DNA from: an uncultured Actinomycetes bacterium
Lineage (GTDB): Bacteria > Actinomycetota > Acidimicrobiia > IMCC26256 > PALSA-610
Assembly: GCA_963761055.1 (NCBI GenBank)
Contig: CAVXFO010000007.1
Coordinates: 425,075-489,074, forward strand
Direction of reading: 5' to 3'
DNA: 64,000 nt
Shown here: piece after piece, positions 38,842 through 48,418 of the stretch
Layout of the letters: each line of letters opens with the position of its first letter
Position numbering within the stretch: position 1 is the first letter of the stretch
The notes under the pieces: generated by a model
What the model was told of the DNA's origin: nothing
What the model saw: only the letters and a program-made list of their open reading frames with translations
Database searches by the model: none
Made by a program: the position numbers and the translations under genes

Positions 38842-39609
38842 TCAGAGCGCGGACGAGTACCCGCCGTCGACCGGGTAGGTCTGGCCGGTGATCCACGAAC
38901 CCGCTTCACTGCACAACAGCGCCACCAGGACCGCCGGGTCGTCGGGCCGCCCGAGGCGAGGGATCGTGTAACGGCGGGCCATCTTCGTCTCGAGCTCGGG
39001 ATTCTGGACGATCGCCTCCTCCAACACGCCCGTCTTCATCGTCCCGAGGGCCACGCAGTTGGCGGTCACCCCGTGGGGACCCACCTCGGCCGCGAGCCCG
39101 CGGGTGAAGCCCATCGCCCCGGCCTTCGCCGCGCCGTAGATGGCCTGGAAGCGCTCGCCTTTGCGCCCTGCGTCGGAGACGATCGTGACGATCCTCCCCC
39201 ACCGCTGTTCGGCCATCGCCCCCGCGTAGGCGTGGGTCACGTGCAGCACCGCGCCGAGGTTGAGGCGCATCGCGCTCTCCCAATCCTCGGGACGGGTGTC
39301 GACGAACAGCTTCAGCTCGCCGAACCCCGTGGTCGGGATGCCGGCGTTGTTCACGAGAATGTCGACCGGGCCCGTGGCCTCACGCATCCGGGTGATCTTG
39401 AGCGGACTGGTGACATCGGCCTTCACGGGACGCGCGTGCGCGTCGCCGCCGAGATCCTTCGCGACCGCTGCGGCCCGGTCTTCGAAGATGTCGTTCACCC
39501 ACACGAACGCACCGGCGCGCACGAGCGCGACGCAGATCGCGGTGCCCACTCCGTTCCCGCCACCCGTCACGAGCGCGCGCCGGCCCGACAAGTCAACGTC
39601 GATGCTCAT
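38842..39609 (-). CDS. SDR-family oxidoreductase (FabG-like)
   Basis: TGGGNGVG, NNAGI, YGAAKAGAMGF. Confidence 0.85.
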   Translation of the reverse strand: MSIDVDLSGRRALVTGGGNGVGTAICVALVRAGAFVWVNDIFEDRAAAVAKDLGGDAHARPVKADVTSPLKITRMREATGPVDILVNNAGIPTTGFGELKLFVDTRPEDWESAMRLNLGAVLHVTHAYAGAMAEQRWGRIVTIVSDAGRKGERFQAIYGAAKAGAMGFTRGLAAEVGPHGVTANCVALGTMKTGVLEEAIVQNPELETKMARRYTIPRLGRPDDPAVLVALLCSEAGSWITGQTYPVDGGYSSAL

Positions 39610-39613
39610 CGGC

Positions 39614-41278
39614 TCAGATCTCCATCACGACGGGAATTACCTGCGGTCGCCGCCGGGTGCGCTCGTCGATGAAGCGGGCCAGCGACTTGCGGCAGTGGCG
39701 CCGCATCGTGTCGAAGTCGGTGTTCCCCTCACCGGCGGCCTTGGCGATGGCCGCGCGCACGACGAGCTTGGCGTCTTCGATCAGGTCGTCGGCCTCGGGT
39801 GCATACACCCAACCCCGGGTGACGATCTCCGGCCCGGTGACGATCTCGCCGTTGGCGGCGTCGACCGTGACGATCACCACGACCACACCCTCTTCGGAAA
39901 GCATGCGCCGGTCGCGCAGCACGCCGTGACTGACGTCGCCGACGATGCCGTCGACGTACATGTAGCCGGCCGGAACCGCGCGCCGTTCGACCTCGACGCC
40001 CGCCGCAGTGATCGTGACCGCGTCGCCGTCCTCACAGATGATGACGTTGTCGTCGGCGACCCCGACCTCGTGCGCCAGGTGTGCATGGTTCACGAGGTGG
40101 CGATACTCGCCGTGAACGGGGATGAACCACTCCGGCTGCAGCAGGCTGAGGACGAATTTGAGCTCTTCCTGCGAAGCGTGGCCCGACACGTGGACCGGCG
40201 ACGTGCGATCGTGCACGACCTCGGCGCCGGCGCGGTACATCGAGTCGATGACGCGCGACACGTTCGACTCGTTACCCGGGATCGCGTGCGCGCTGATCAC
40301 CACGACATCCTCGGACGACACCTTGACGTGCTTGTGCTCGTGTGCGGCCATCAACGACAGCGCGCTCATCGGCTCGCCCTGAGAGCCGGTGCAGATGATG
40401 CAGACGTCTCCGGCCGCGTACCGCGACGTCTCCTCGATGTCGATGACCGCGTACGCGGGAATATCGATGAAGCGGCGTTCGCGAGCCATCGATACGTTCT
40501 GCATCATCGAGCGGCCGACGAAAGCCACTTTGCGGCCATGCGCGATCGCGGCTTGAGCCACCTGCTCGACCCGATGCAGGTGCGACGCGAAGCTCGCGAC
40601 GATGAAGCGCTTGTCGGGGTGCTCGCGGAACAGCGCGCGCATGGCGACGCGGACCGTCGACTCCGACGGCGTGAAACCCGGCCGCTCCGCGTTCGTCGAG
40701 TCGGAGAGCAGGAGCCGGATACCACCGTCGCGCCGGGCGATCTCCCCCATGAGCGCGAGGTCGGTGTGGCGGCCGTCGACCGGAGTGAGGTCGAGCTTGA
40801 AGTCGCCGGTGTGCAGAATCGTGCCCTCGGACGTGAAGTACGCGACCGCGAAACCGTGCGGCACCGAGTGCGTGACCGGTATGAACTCACATTCGATCGG
40901 ACCGATCCGCAATCGCTGCCCGTCGACAACGGGGATCAGCTCGGTCCGATCGAGCATCCCGGCTTCTTCGATGCGGTTCCGAGCGAGCGCGAGCGACAAC
41001 GCCGAGCCGTATATCGGGACGGAGACGTCGCGGAGCAAGAAAGCGAGACCACCCGCGTGATCCTCGTGCGCGTGGGTGAGGATGACCGCCTCGACGCGAT
41101 CGGCGTTGTCGCGGAGATACGTGAAGTCCGGCAGGACCAGGTCGATGCCGGGCATGTCGGCGTCGGGGAACATGATCCCGCAGTCGACGACCAGGATGCG
41201 GTCCTCGACCTCGAGGCAAAAGCAATTGCGGCCGATCTCACCGAGACCGCCGAGAAACACGATGCGAACCGACATCAA
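39614..41278 (-). CDS. rnj: ribonuclease J
   Basis: Metallo-beta-lactamase/beta-CASP pattern (THAHEDHAGGL, HTGDFKLD, HVSGHASQEELK). Confidence 0.95.
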   Translation of the reverse strand: MMSVRIVFLGGLGEIGRNCFCLEVEDRILVVDCGIMFPDADMPGIDLVLPDFTYLRDNADRVEAVILTHAHEDHAGGLAFLLRDVSVPIYGSALSLALARNRIEEAGMLDRTELIPVVDGQRLRIGPIECEFIPVTHSVPHGFAVAYFTSEGTILHTGDFKLDLTPVDGRHTDLALMGEIARRDGGIRLLLSDSTNAERPGFTPSESTVRVAMRALFREHPDKRFIVASFASHLHRVEQVAQAAIAHGRKVAFVGRSMMQNVSMARERRFIDIPAYAVIDIEETSRYAAGDVCIICTGSQGEPMSALSLMAAHEHKHVKVSSEDVVVISAHAIPGNESNVSRVIDSMYRAGAEVVHDRTSPVHVSGHASQEELKFVLSLLQPEWFIPVHGEYRHLVNHAHLAHEVGVADDNVIICEDGDAVTITAAGVEVERRAVPAGYMYVDGIVGDVSHGVLRDRRMLSEEGVVVVIVTVDAANGEIVTGPEIVTRGWVYAPEADDLIEDAKLVVRAAIAKAAGEGNTDFDTMRRHCRKSLARFIDERTRRRPQVIPVVMEI

Positions 41279-41373
41279 CCTTGCACGCTACAGCGACGGC
41301 TCACCCACTCGCGACCGATCCGAACCGGCGTGCGTTACCGGCGCATGCCGACAACGCGCGCCGGTTCGACTCG

Positions 41374-42504
41374 TCATGCGCCGGCTGCGGCCACGCGGTC
41401 CTTGGCGACCTCGTCGAGCATCGTGTATTCCTCGCCGGTGTCGACCCAGTCCTCGAACTGGATGACGCCGAGCTCGGTGAACCGCTGGCGGAGCCAGCCC
41501 TGGTTACGGTCGAGCAGGCCGAGCTTCTTGCAGTTCGGGACGATCTTGGAGAACAGGATGTTCTGGAAGAGGAGCCGGCTCTCGTCGGCCAGCACCAGTT
41601 CGAGCGCGTCCTTGACCGGCACGCCCATGCGGTCCCAGACCTCCTGCTGGAGGAAGCGGTCGCGCATCCGCACTGCGGCCTCGAACGCGAACTCCTGGCG
41701 GTCCATCATCTCCGCGTCGGAGAGCTCCTTGTAGTACTCCTGCAAGGAGAGCACGCCGAACGCCACGTGGCGAGCCTCGTCGCTCATGACATAGCGGAGC
41801 AGTTGCTTGAGCAGCGGCTCGCTCGTCATCTGGTGCATGAAGCCGAACGCGGCGAGTGCGAGACCCTCGACCATGATCTGCATGCCGAGGTACGTCATGT
41901 CCCAGCGGCTGTCGGCGAGGATGTCGTCGAGCAGCAGCTCGAGGTGCGCGTTGATCGGGTAGTGCCCCGACAGCTTCTCGTCGAGATACTTGGCAAAGAC
42001 CTCGACGTGGCGGGCCTCGTCGACTACCTGCGTGGCGGCGTAGTACTTGGCGTCTACCCACGGCACGGTCTCGACGATGCGCGCGGTGCAGAGCAACGCG
42101 CCCTGCTCACCGTGCATGAACTGCGACAGCGTCCAGTTCTGACCCTCGATCGCGAGCTCGACCCACTCCTTTTCCGTCCACTTCGCGAACGGAGTGCCGG
42201 AAAGGTCGACCTGGTCACCGAAGAACTGGACGTCCTCGCGGTTCATCTCGTTCAGCGCGAGGGCTTCCTGATCGACGGGAATCGACCAGTCGAGGTCGGT
42301 GGTGACGTTCCACTGCGACGTCTTCGCCTTCTCGTAGAGCTTGCCCAGCGCGGGACGAGTGCGCTCGTAGTCCCACGTGAAGACAGTGTCGAAGTTGGCG
42401 CCGACGTTGTGGGACGCGGCATCGACGTCGGTGTTGCTGACGGAGAGGATCGCTTCGAGATCGTTGATCTCGTCGCGACCGATCAGCTCGTGGTTGGCGG
42501 TCAT
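41374..42504 (-). CDS. ferritin-like di-iron carboxylate protein (AurF/R2-like oxygenase family guess)
   Basis: Internal ATG preceded by GAAGGAG. Two ExxH pairs with upstream Glu (MHGEQGAL...VDEARHVEVF; MVEGLALAAF...SDEARHVAFG). The ATG overlaps the TetR stop (ATGA). Confidence 0.6.
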   Translation of the reverse strand: MTANHELIGRDEINDLEAILSVSNTDVDAASHNVGANFDTVFTWDYERTRPALGKLYEKAKTSQWNVTTDLDWSIPVDQEALALNEMNREDVQFFGDQVDLSGTPFAKWTEKEWVELAIEGQNWTLSQFMHGEQGALLCTARIVETVPWVDAKYYAATQVVDEARHVEVFAKYLDEKLSGHYPINAHLELLLDDILADSRWDMTYLGMQIMVEGLALAAFGFMHQMTSEPLLKQLLRYVMSDEARHVAFGVLSLQEYYKELSDAEMMDRQEFAFEAAVRMRDRFLQQEVWDRMGVPVKDALELVLADESRLLFQNILFSKIVPNCKKLGLLDRNQGWLRQRFTELGVIQFEDWVDTGEEYTMLDEVAKDRVAAAGA

Positions 42505-43088
42505 TGGGACACTCCTTCGACGTTGACGAAACCGGGGACGACGAAGTCGTCGACGAGAGCACGGACTTGTGCCCGATCGGCGATGTCGAAATTCTCGGAG
42601 GGACTGAAGAGGTACGAGAGCGTCAGGCGCGCCAGCCACTCGCCGAGGCGAGCGGCGTCGTCGCCGACGAAGCGCGTGAACACGGGCGCGACGAGCGCGG
42701 CCGCGGTACTGAGCACCGCGTCTTCGCGTTCGAACGCGAGGAAGGGAAGGATGACTTCGGGCTCGTGCACTGCGATGAACGCGAGGGCCCGGTGACCGGT
42801 GAGCGCCCGCGCGGCCGCGGTCACGACAGTCGTGATCGCCTCACCCAGCGAATCGTCGAGCTCGGTCGCCGAGACGAGGGTGTCGCTCAGCGTCCGCACC
42901 TCTCGTGCGACGAGCGCCGCAAGGAGCTGCTGCTTGTTCGCGAAGCAGCGATAGACGGTCGCCCGGGCGCACCCGGCTTCGCGGGCGACGTCGTCGAGCG
43001 TGGTCTTGGCGAGCCCGACCCGGCCGAGACAGGTCAGGGCGGCTTCGAGAACGCGAGAGGCTTGGGGACTCAACTCGACGAACTCCAT
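42501..43088 (-). CDS. TetR-family transcriptional regulator
   Basis: HTH: GLAKTTLDDVAREAGCARATVYRCFANKQQLL. Confidence 0.85.
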   Translation of the reverse strand: MEFVELSPQASRVLEAALTCLGRVGLAKTTLDDVAREAGCARATVYRCFANKQQLLAALVAREVRTLSDTLVSATELDDSLGEAITTVVTAAARALTGHRALAFIAVHEPEVILPFLAFEREDAVLSTAAALVAPVFTRFVGDDAARLGEWLARLTLSYLFSPSENFDIADRAQVRALVDDFVVPGFVNVEGVSQ

Positions 43089-43147
43089 CACTTGAGACAC
43101 TGATCCAGTGTACGTCTCATCGTCAACGTGTCCCGGGTCACACCTCT

Positions 43148-43163
43148 GCTCGCGATCGCGAGC
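43148..43163. promoter_or_regulatory. 16-bp perfect palindrome GCTCGCGATCGCGAGC
   Basis: Read directly, 60 nt upstream of the TetR (42501..43088) start. Candidate operator by position only. Confidence 0.3.
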
Positions 43164-43174
43164 GCGCCCATCTC

Positions 43175-43233
43175 CACCAACAGTTGTCGGAGTTCTCCGC
43201 GCCTGGCACGGATATGTCCGACAACTGTTGGTG
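43175..43233. promoter_or_regulatory. 17-bp perfect inverted repeat (CACCAACAGTTGTCGGA ... TCCGACAACTGTTGGTG) with a 25-nt spacer
   Basis: Read directly. Each arm contains the odd palindrome CAACnGTTG. It begins 14 nt after the stop of the upstream TetR gene, so it is either a terminator hairpin or a pair of operators. Confidence 0.4.
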
Positions 43234-43246
43234 AGGTTTTCTGGGG

Positions 43247-43840
43247 TCAGGGGGCCTCGATGCCGCCGAGGAGCTCGCCGTGGACAAGATCGGCGACCTG
43301 AGCCGGATCCTCGAGGTCCCAGCGGCCGGGAGCGCCGATGAGCGAGAGGATCGACCGGGCCAGATACTCCGCGGCCCGTTCGCTGTCGACGCCCGGGCGC
43401 AGGCGGCCGGCCTCGGCTTCCCGGCGCAGGTACGGGAGCAGGAAGTCGGCGATGAACGGCAGCGATTTGGCCGACTCCGTCGTCAGCAGGGGCAACAGCC
43501 GCTCGGGTTCCGTGTCCATGATCTTGCGCAGCACCGCGTGCTCGGCCACCGACCGGTGAGCGAAGGTGAGCCCCCGTTCCAAGAGCACCGCCAGGCTCGG
43601 GGCGTCGCGCACCTGGTCGGCCAATCGGTTGAAGTAGTTGGCGAGCTCCCAGCCGACGGTTTCCAGCAGCAACTCGTCCCGCCCGCCGTCGAACTGGCGG
43701 TAGATCGTCGCCCGAGACACGCCCGACTCCTTCACGATGTCGTCGATGGTCGTCTTGGCCATCCCGAACCGCTCGACGCAACGATAGGTGGCCGCGAGCA
43801 GCCGGTCGCGGAGGGTCAGCGGATCGCTCGCCTGCGTCAT
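43247..43840 (-). CDS. TetR-family transcriptional regulator (BioQ-like position)
   Basis: HTH: GMAKTTIDDIVKESGVSRATIYRQFDGGRDELL. Divergent from bioA. Confidence 0.85.
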   Translation of the reverse strand: MTQASDPLTLRDRLLAATYRCVERFGMAKTTIDDIVKESGVSRATIYRQFDGGRDELLLETVGWELANYFNRLADQVRDAPSLAVLLERGLTFAHRSVAEHAVLRKIMDTEPERLLPLLTTESAKSLPFIADFLLPYLRREAEAGRLRPGVDSERAAEYLARSILSLIGAPGRWDLEDPAQVADLVHGELLGGIEAP

Positions 43841-43851
43841 GCCGGCACATT

Positions 43852-45235
43852 GTGCGTCAGAATCGCGGGGTGACCGCGCACGACGGCGAAGTCCAGCCTG
43901 GCGAACCTCGGCGTGGCGACGTCCAGCGCGGCGATGTTCAGAGTGATTGGGTCAGGCGGGACGCGCAGGTCGTGTGGCACGGCTTCACCCAGATGTCGAC
44001 CTTCGCCGACAACCACCCGATCATCGTCGACCGGGCCGAGGGCCGGGAGCTGATCGACGTCGACGGTCGGCACTACCTCGACGCGATCTCGTCGCTGTGG
44101 GTCACGACCTTGGGTCATCACGTTCCCGAGCTCGACGACGCGATCCTGCACCAGCTCGCGCTCGGCGCACACTCGACCATGCTCGGCAACGGCAACCGTG
44201 TAGTCGTCGAGCTCTCCGAAGCGTTGGCCCGCGTCGTTCCCGTCGACGACCCACATTTCCTGTATGCCAGCGACGGCGCGTCGGCGGTGGAGCAAGCGCT
44301 CAAGATCGCGTTCCAGTACTGGCACAACCGGGGCGTACGAGGACGCACCACGTTCCTCGCGTTCGGCGGGGCGTACCACGGCGACACGATCGGCGCGCTT
44401 TCCGTCGGCGACGACGGATTCGGCGCCGATGTCTTCGACGCGTTGCGATTCCCGGTCGTACGCGCGCCCGCGTTCGACGACCCGCAGTGTTTCGACACCG
44501 CCGTGCGCTTGATCGCCGAGCACGGCTCCGAGCTCGCGGCCGTCATCGTCGAGCCCTCCGTGCAGGCCGCGGCCGGAATGCAGATGGCGGATCACGGTGG
44601 GCTCGCGCGCCTCGGAGCGGCGTGCCGCGCCCACGACGTGCTCTTGATCTGCGATGAGATCGCGACCGGCTTCGGCCGGACCGGCACCCTCTTCGCGTCG
44701 GAGCAGTGCAGCCTTCGCCCCGACCTGCTCTGTCTGGGCAAGGGCCTCACCGCGGGCTACCTCCCCATGTCGGTGACCGCGGCGAGCGGCCCGGTGTTCG
44801 AAGCTTTCCTCGGTGACGATCTGGGCGGGCAGACGCTCTACCACGGTCATTCCTTCGGCGGGAACGCGTTGGCCGCGGCCGTAGCGCTCCGCCACCTCGA
44901 GCTGATCGAGGCGTGGGATGTGTTGGCCAACGTGCGCGAGCGTTCCGACGAGCTGGCCGGCCTGCTCCACGATCGCGTCGCGCCCAAGCCCACGGTCAAA
45001 GACGTCCGCCTGCGCGGCCTCATGGGCGCGGTCGAGCTCGCGCCGCCCGCCGACGGCCTGCGGTGGGGCCGCCGCGTCGAGCGCGGCCGCGGTCGAGCGC
45101 GGCGTCCTGCTCCGCTCCATCGGCGACAACGTCACGCTCATGCCTCCCCTGACGATCACGTCGGAGGAGCTCCACCGGATCGTGCACGCATTGAGCGAAG
45201 CACTCGACGAGATCGGCGACGAGGCCGGCCGATGA
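43852..45235 (+). pseudogene. bioA: adenosylmethionine-8-amino-7-oxononanoate aminotransferase, one frameshift as sequenced
   Basis: WHGFTQM, HGDTIGALS, ICDEIATGFGRTG and HGHSFGGN are in the frame of ORF 43852. The C-terminus (AAAVERGVLLRSIGDNVTLMPPLTI) is in ORF 44918..45235. The switch is at about 45045-45090. The start (GTG 43852 or 43870) is uncertain. Confidence 0.85.
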
Positions 45236-46373
45236 CCTGGGACGCGTGGGCCGAGGGCGAGAGCAACGCGATCCGCGCCGCGGGTCGGTGGCGCGAACCC
45301 CGTTCCATCGACGCCAAGGGTCCACAGGGGAAGCTCGGCGACGGCACTGACCGACCGGCCGACCGCGCGGTCGTGTCGTTCGCCTCGAACGACTACCTCG
45401 GCCTCACCGCCCATCCGTCGGTGATCGCGGCCGCGCACGAGGCACTCGACCGTTGGGGCGCAGGGGCCGGATCGGCTCGCCTCATTGTCGGCACCCGCCC
45501 GGTTCACGCCGAGCTCGAACACGAGCTTGCAGAGTGGAAGCGGTCGGCGCGGGCCGCGCTCTTCCCCACCGGTTTCGCCACGAACCTCGGCGTCATCAGC
45601 ACGTTCGCCGGGGCCGGGGTGCTCGTCTGCAGCGACGAGCTCAACCACGCGTCGATCATCGACGGGTGCCGCCTCGCGCGCGGCGACGTCGCGATCTACC
45701 GGCACCGAGACCTCGACCACCTCGCGACACTGCTCCGGTCACGCGGTGCACGCCGTGCGCTGGTCGTCACCGACACCGTGTTCTCGATGGACGGCGACGT
45801 GGCCGACGTCGACGCGCTCCTCGACGTGTGCGCCGCGAAGACGCGCTCCTCGTCGTCGACGAGGCTCACGCCGTTCTCGGGCCCAATCTCGACGCGCGTG
45901 ATGGCGTCGAGGTGTTGCGGATCGGGACGTTGTCGAAGACGCTCGGCGCGCTCGGCGGTTTCGTGGCCGGCTCGGCGCGTTCGATCGCGCTGGTCGAGAA
46001 CATCTCGCGTCCCTACATCTTCACGACCGCGCCGACACCCGCCGACACCGCCGCCGCGCTCGCCGCGCTCCGGATCGTGCGCTCCGACGAAGGCACCGCG
46101 CTCGTGCGCCGGCTGCGGCGCCACGTCGACCGGCTCCGACCCGGGCACCCGTCCCCTATCGTCCCGTTCGTCTGCGGCGAAGAGCAGCGCGCGCTCGATG
46201 CCGCCCGCGCCCTCCTCGACGACGGTTACCTCGTTCCCGCGATCCGCCCCCCGACCGTCCCGCCGGGCACCTCGCGGCTGCGGGTGACGGTGTCGGCCGC
46301 GCACAGCGACGCGCAGGTCGACCAGCTGTTGCGTGCGCTGACCCGCGTCCTCGGCTCCGTCCCGGTTCGTTGA
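45232..46373 (+). pseudogene. bioF: 8-amino-7-oxononanoate synthase, one frameshift as sequenced
   Basis: The ATG overlaps the bioA stop (ATGA). The N-terminal part (FASNDYLGL...SDELNHASIIDG...TDTVFSMDGD) is in the ORF 43852 frame. The remainder (DALLVVDEAHAVLGP...GTLSKTLGALGG...IRPPTVP) is in ORF 45453..46373. The junction is near 45840. Confidence 0.85.
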
Positions 46374-47002
46374 GCCCCGTCGTCGTCGCCGGCACCGGCA
46401 CCGATGTCGGGAAGACCTTCGTGGCGGCCGCCGTGTTGCAGGCGCTGCGCACGCGCGGGCTCCCCGTCGTCGCCCGCAAGCCGGTGCAGTCGTTCACACC
46501 CGGCGACACGGCGACCGATGCCGACGTGCTCGCACGCGTCACCGACGAGGCACCCACCGACGTGTGCCCGGCGCACCGCTGGTTACCGATGCCGCTCGCA
46601 CCGCCGATGGCGGCTGAGGCGCTCGGGCTCCCGCCCTTCACGATCGCGGATCTCGTCACCGAGATCACGACGAGCACCGCCGCGAACGTTCCCCTGCTCG
46701 TCGAGACCGTGGGTGGCGTGCGATCACCGATCGCCGACGACGGCGACTGCGTCGACCTCATCCACGCGCTCGCGCCCGGCGTGGTCGTGCTCGTCGCCGA
46801 CGCCGGGCTCGGCACGATCAACGCCGTGCGCCTGAGTCGGGACGCGCTCCGCAACGAACACGTCGTCGTTGCTCTCAACCGCTTCGACCGCGGCTCCGAC
46901 CTCCACACCCGCAATGCCGCGTGGCTTCGGACGCGAGAGGGCCTCGACGTCGTCACCGACATCGAGGCTCTCGTCGCGCGTCTCGAACCCCGCCTGCGCT
47001 AG
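46370..47002 (+). CDS. bioD: dethiobiotin synthetase
   Basis: VAGTGTDVGKT P-loop. The TTG start overlaps the bioF stop. Confidence 0.88.
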   Translation: MSPVVVAGTGTDVGKTFVAAAVLQALRTRGLPVVARKPVQSFTPGDTATDADVLARVTDEAPTDVCPAHRWLPMPLAPPMAAEALGLPPFTIADLVTEITTSTAANVPLLVETVGGVRSPIADDGDCVDLIHALAPGVVVLVADAGLGTINAVRLSRDALRNEHVVVALNRFDRGSDLHTRNAAWLRTREGLDVVTDIEALVARLEPRLR

Positions 47003-48387
47003 CTGTTGAGCAGCGACGCGGGCGACAGGCTCGCAGTCTTGCCGTCGAGGTTCGTTACCGGACCGACGGCAACGGTGTGGCCCTCGGCCTTGTTGTACTT
47101 GACGAGTTGGAAGGTCTCCCCGAGGAACCAGTCGGTCTTGCTCGTCGTCCACGACGCGCCGGGCAACTCCAGCCCGGCATCCTTCACGCCTTGCAACGTG
47201 CGGGCCGTTTCCATCACCGACACCCGATCGAGCGTCGGCGAAGCCTCCAGGATCTTCTGCAACAACGCCGCGGTCGACCAGCCGTAGGCGACGATGCCGT
47301 CGTCGAGGTCGGCCTTGGGCTGGTACTTCGCGGTTTGCGCCTTGTACAGCTTCACAGCCGCGTTCGCCGCGTTGGCGGGGTCGGCCGGGTCCATGAGCGG
47401 CGTCACGCTCAGCACGCCGTCGGCACCGTCGCCCCCGAGCGTGAAGAGCAACTTCGAGACGCACGTGCCCGACATGTAGATGAGTGGCTTCCATCCCGCG
47501 TCGTGGGCGGCGGTCAATGCGTTCGGGCACGCGAGCAACGTGCCGCCGAGCACGAAGGTGTCGGCCTTCGACGCGGCGAGGTCGGTCATCTGCGCTTTCA
47601 CCTCGGAGCCCTCGGCGTTGTAGCTCGCCTGCTTCACGATGCTGAGGGTCGTGCCCTGAACGAGCTGCTCGAGGGTGTCCTTGTACGACTGGCCGAAATC
47701 GTCGTTGGCGTAGAGCAACGCGATCTTGGCGTTGGGCTTGTTCTTCTTCAGGTAGTCGACGAAGACCTGCATCTCGAGCGGGTACGGCACGAGCTCCGAA
47801 CCGAGCATCCACGGGTACTTCGTGTTTCCCCACTGCACCGCGCCCGACGCGATGGCGAGGTTGGGAACGCAGTCGGAGTTGACCGTCTCGCGGATGCCGA
47901 GGTTGTTCTTCGTGCCAACCGTATTGAACAGCGCGAACACCTTGTCGCTGTTGATCAGCGTGTCGACGTTGGTCGACGTCTTCGCGGCGTCGTAGGCGTC
48001 GTCCTTGCTGACCAGTTGAATCTTGTACTTCTTCCCCGCGACGGTGACACCGCCTTGGGCGTTGAGATACGAGATGTACGCCTGCTCACCCATGAGGATC
48101 GCGTTGAACGCGGAGTATGTGCCCGACAGGGGGAGGCTCGTCCCGATCTTGATCGTGTTGCCGGTCACACCCTCGGTGAGGGTCGACGGATCGCACTTCG
48201 ACGAGTCGATGACGGTCGTGGCGGGCGTTGATCCACTCGTCGATCCCCCGGGAGCGGTGGTCGCGGCCGACGGAGTGTCGCTCCGACCGCTGCCGCACGC
48301 GGCGACGAGGAGTGCGAACGCGGCTCCGAGTGCCACCGCACGAACCGGTCGGACCTTGCGGGGAGCCCCGCGGCGAACGTCGGTCAT
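46999..48387 (-). CDS. ABC transporter substrate-binding lipoprotein (branched-chain amino acid/amide type)
   Basis: Lipobox LLVAACGS followed by a type I periplasmic-binding-fold pattern. Last gene of the liv-like operon. Confidence 0.82.
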   Translation of the reverse strand: MTDVRRGAPRKVRPVRAVALGAAFALLVAACGSGRSDTPSAATTAPGGSTSGSTPATTVIDSSKCDPSTLTEGVTGNTIKIGTSLPLSGTYSAFNAILMGEQAYISYLNAQGGVTVAGKKYKIQLVSKDDAYDAAKTSTNVDTLINSDKVFALFNTVGTKNNLGIRETVNSDCVPNLAIASGAVQWGNTKYPWMLGSELVPYPLEMQVFVDYLKKNKPNAKIALLYANDDFGQSYKDTLEQLVQGTTLSIVKQASYNAEGSEVKAQMTDLAASKADTFVLGGTLLACPNALTAAHDAGWKPLIYMSGTCVSKLLFTLGGDGADGVLSVTPLMDPADPANAANAAVKLYKAQTAKYQPKADLDDGIVAYGWSTAALLQKILEASPTLDRVSVMETARTLQGVKDAGLELPGASWTTSKTDWFLGETFQLVKYNKAEGHTVAVGPVTNLDGKTASLSPASLLNS

Positions 48388-48418
48388 GGCGTCGTTCCTT
48401 TCATTTCGGGTGAGGAGG

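Noticed and set aside
45070-45105. 12-nt direct repeat GTCGAGCGCGGC with a 16-nt period at the bioA frame break, considered as a 16-bp duplication causing the frameshift
   Set aside because: The flanks of the two copies differ (CCGC versus CGCG), so it is not a clean tandem duplication. A single-nt indel giving ...RRVSAAAVERGVLLR aligns equally well with BioA homologues from memory. It cannot be decided without reads.
43852-46287. 811-aa ORF read as a BioA-BioF fusion protein
   Set aside because: The BioA C-terminus and its stop are present in another frame (44918..45235), with an ATGA overlap onto the bioF ATG. The apparent fusion is created by the bioA frame break. The tail after about 45840 is Ser/Arg-rich nonsense.
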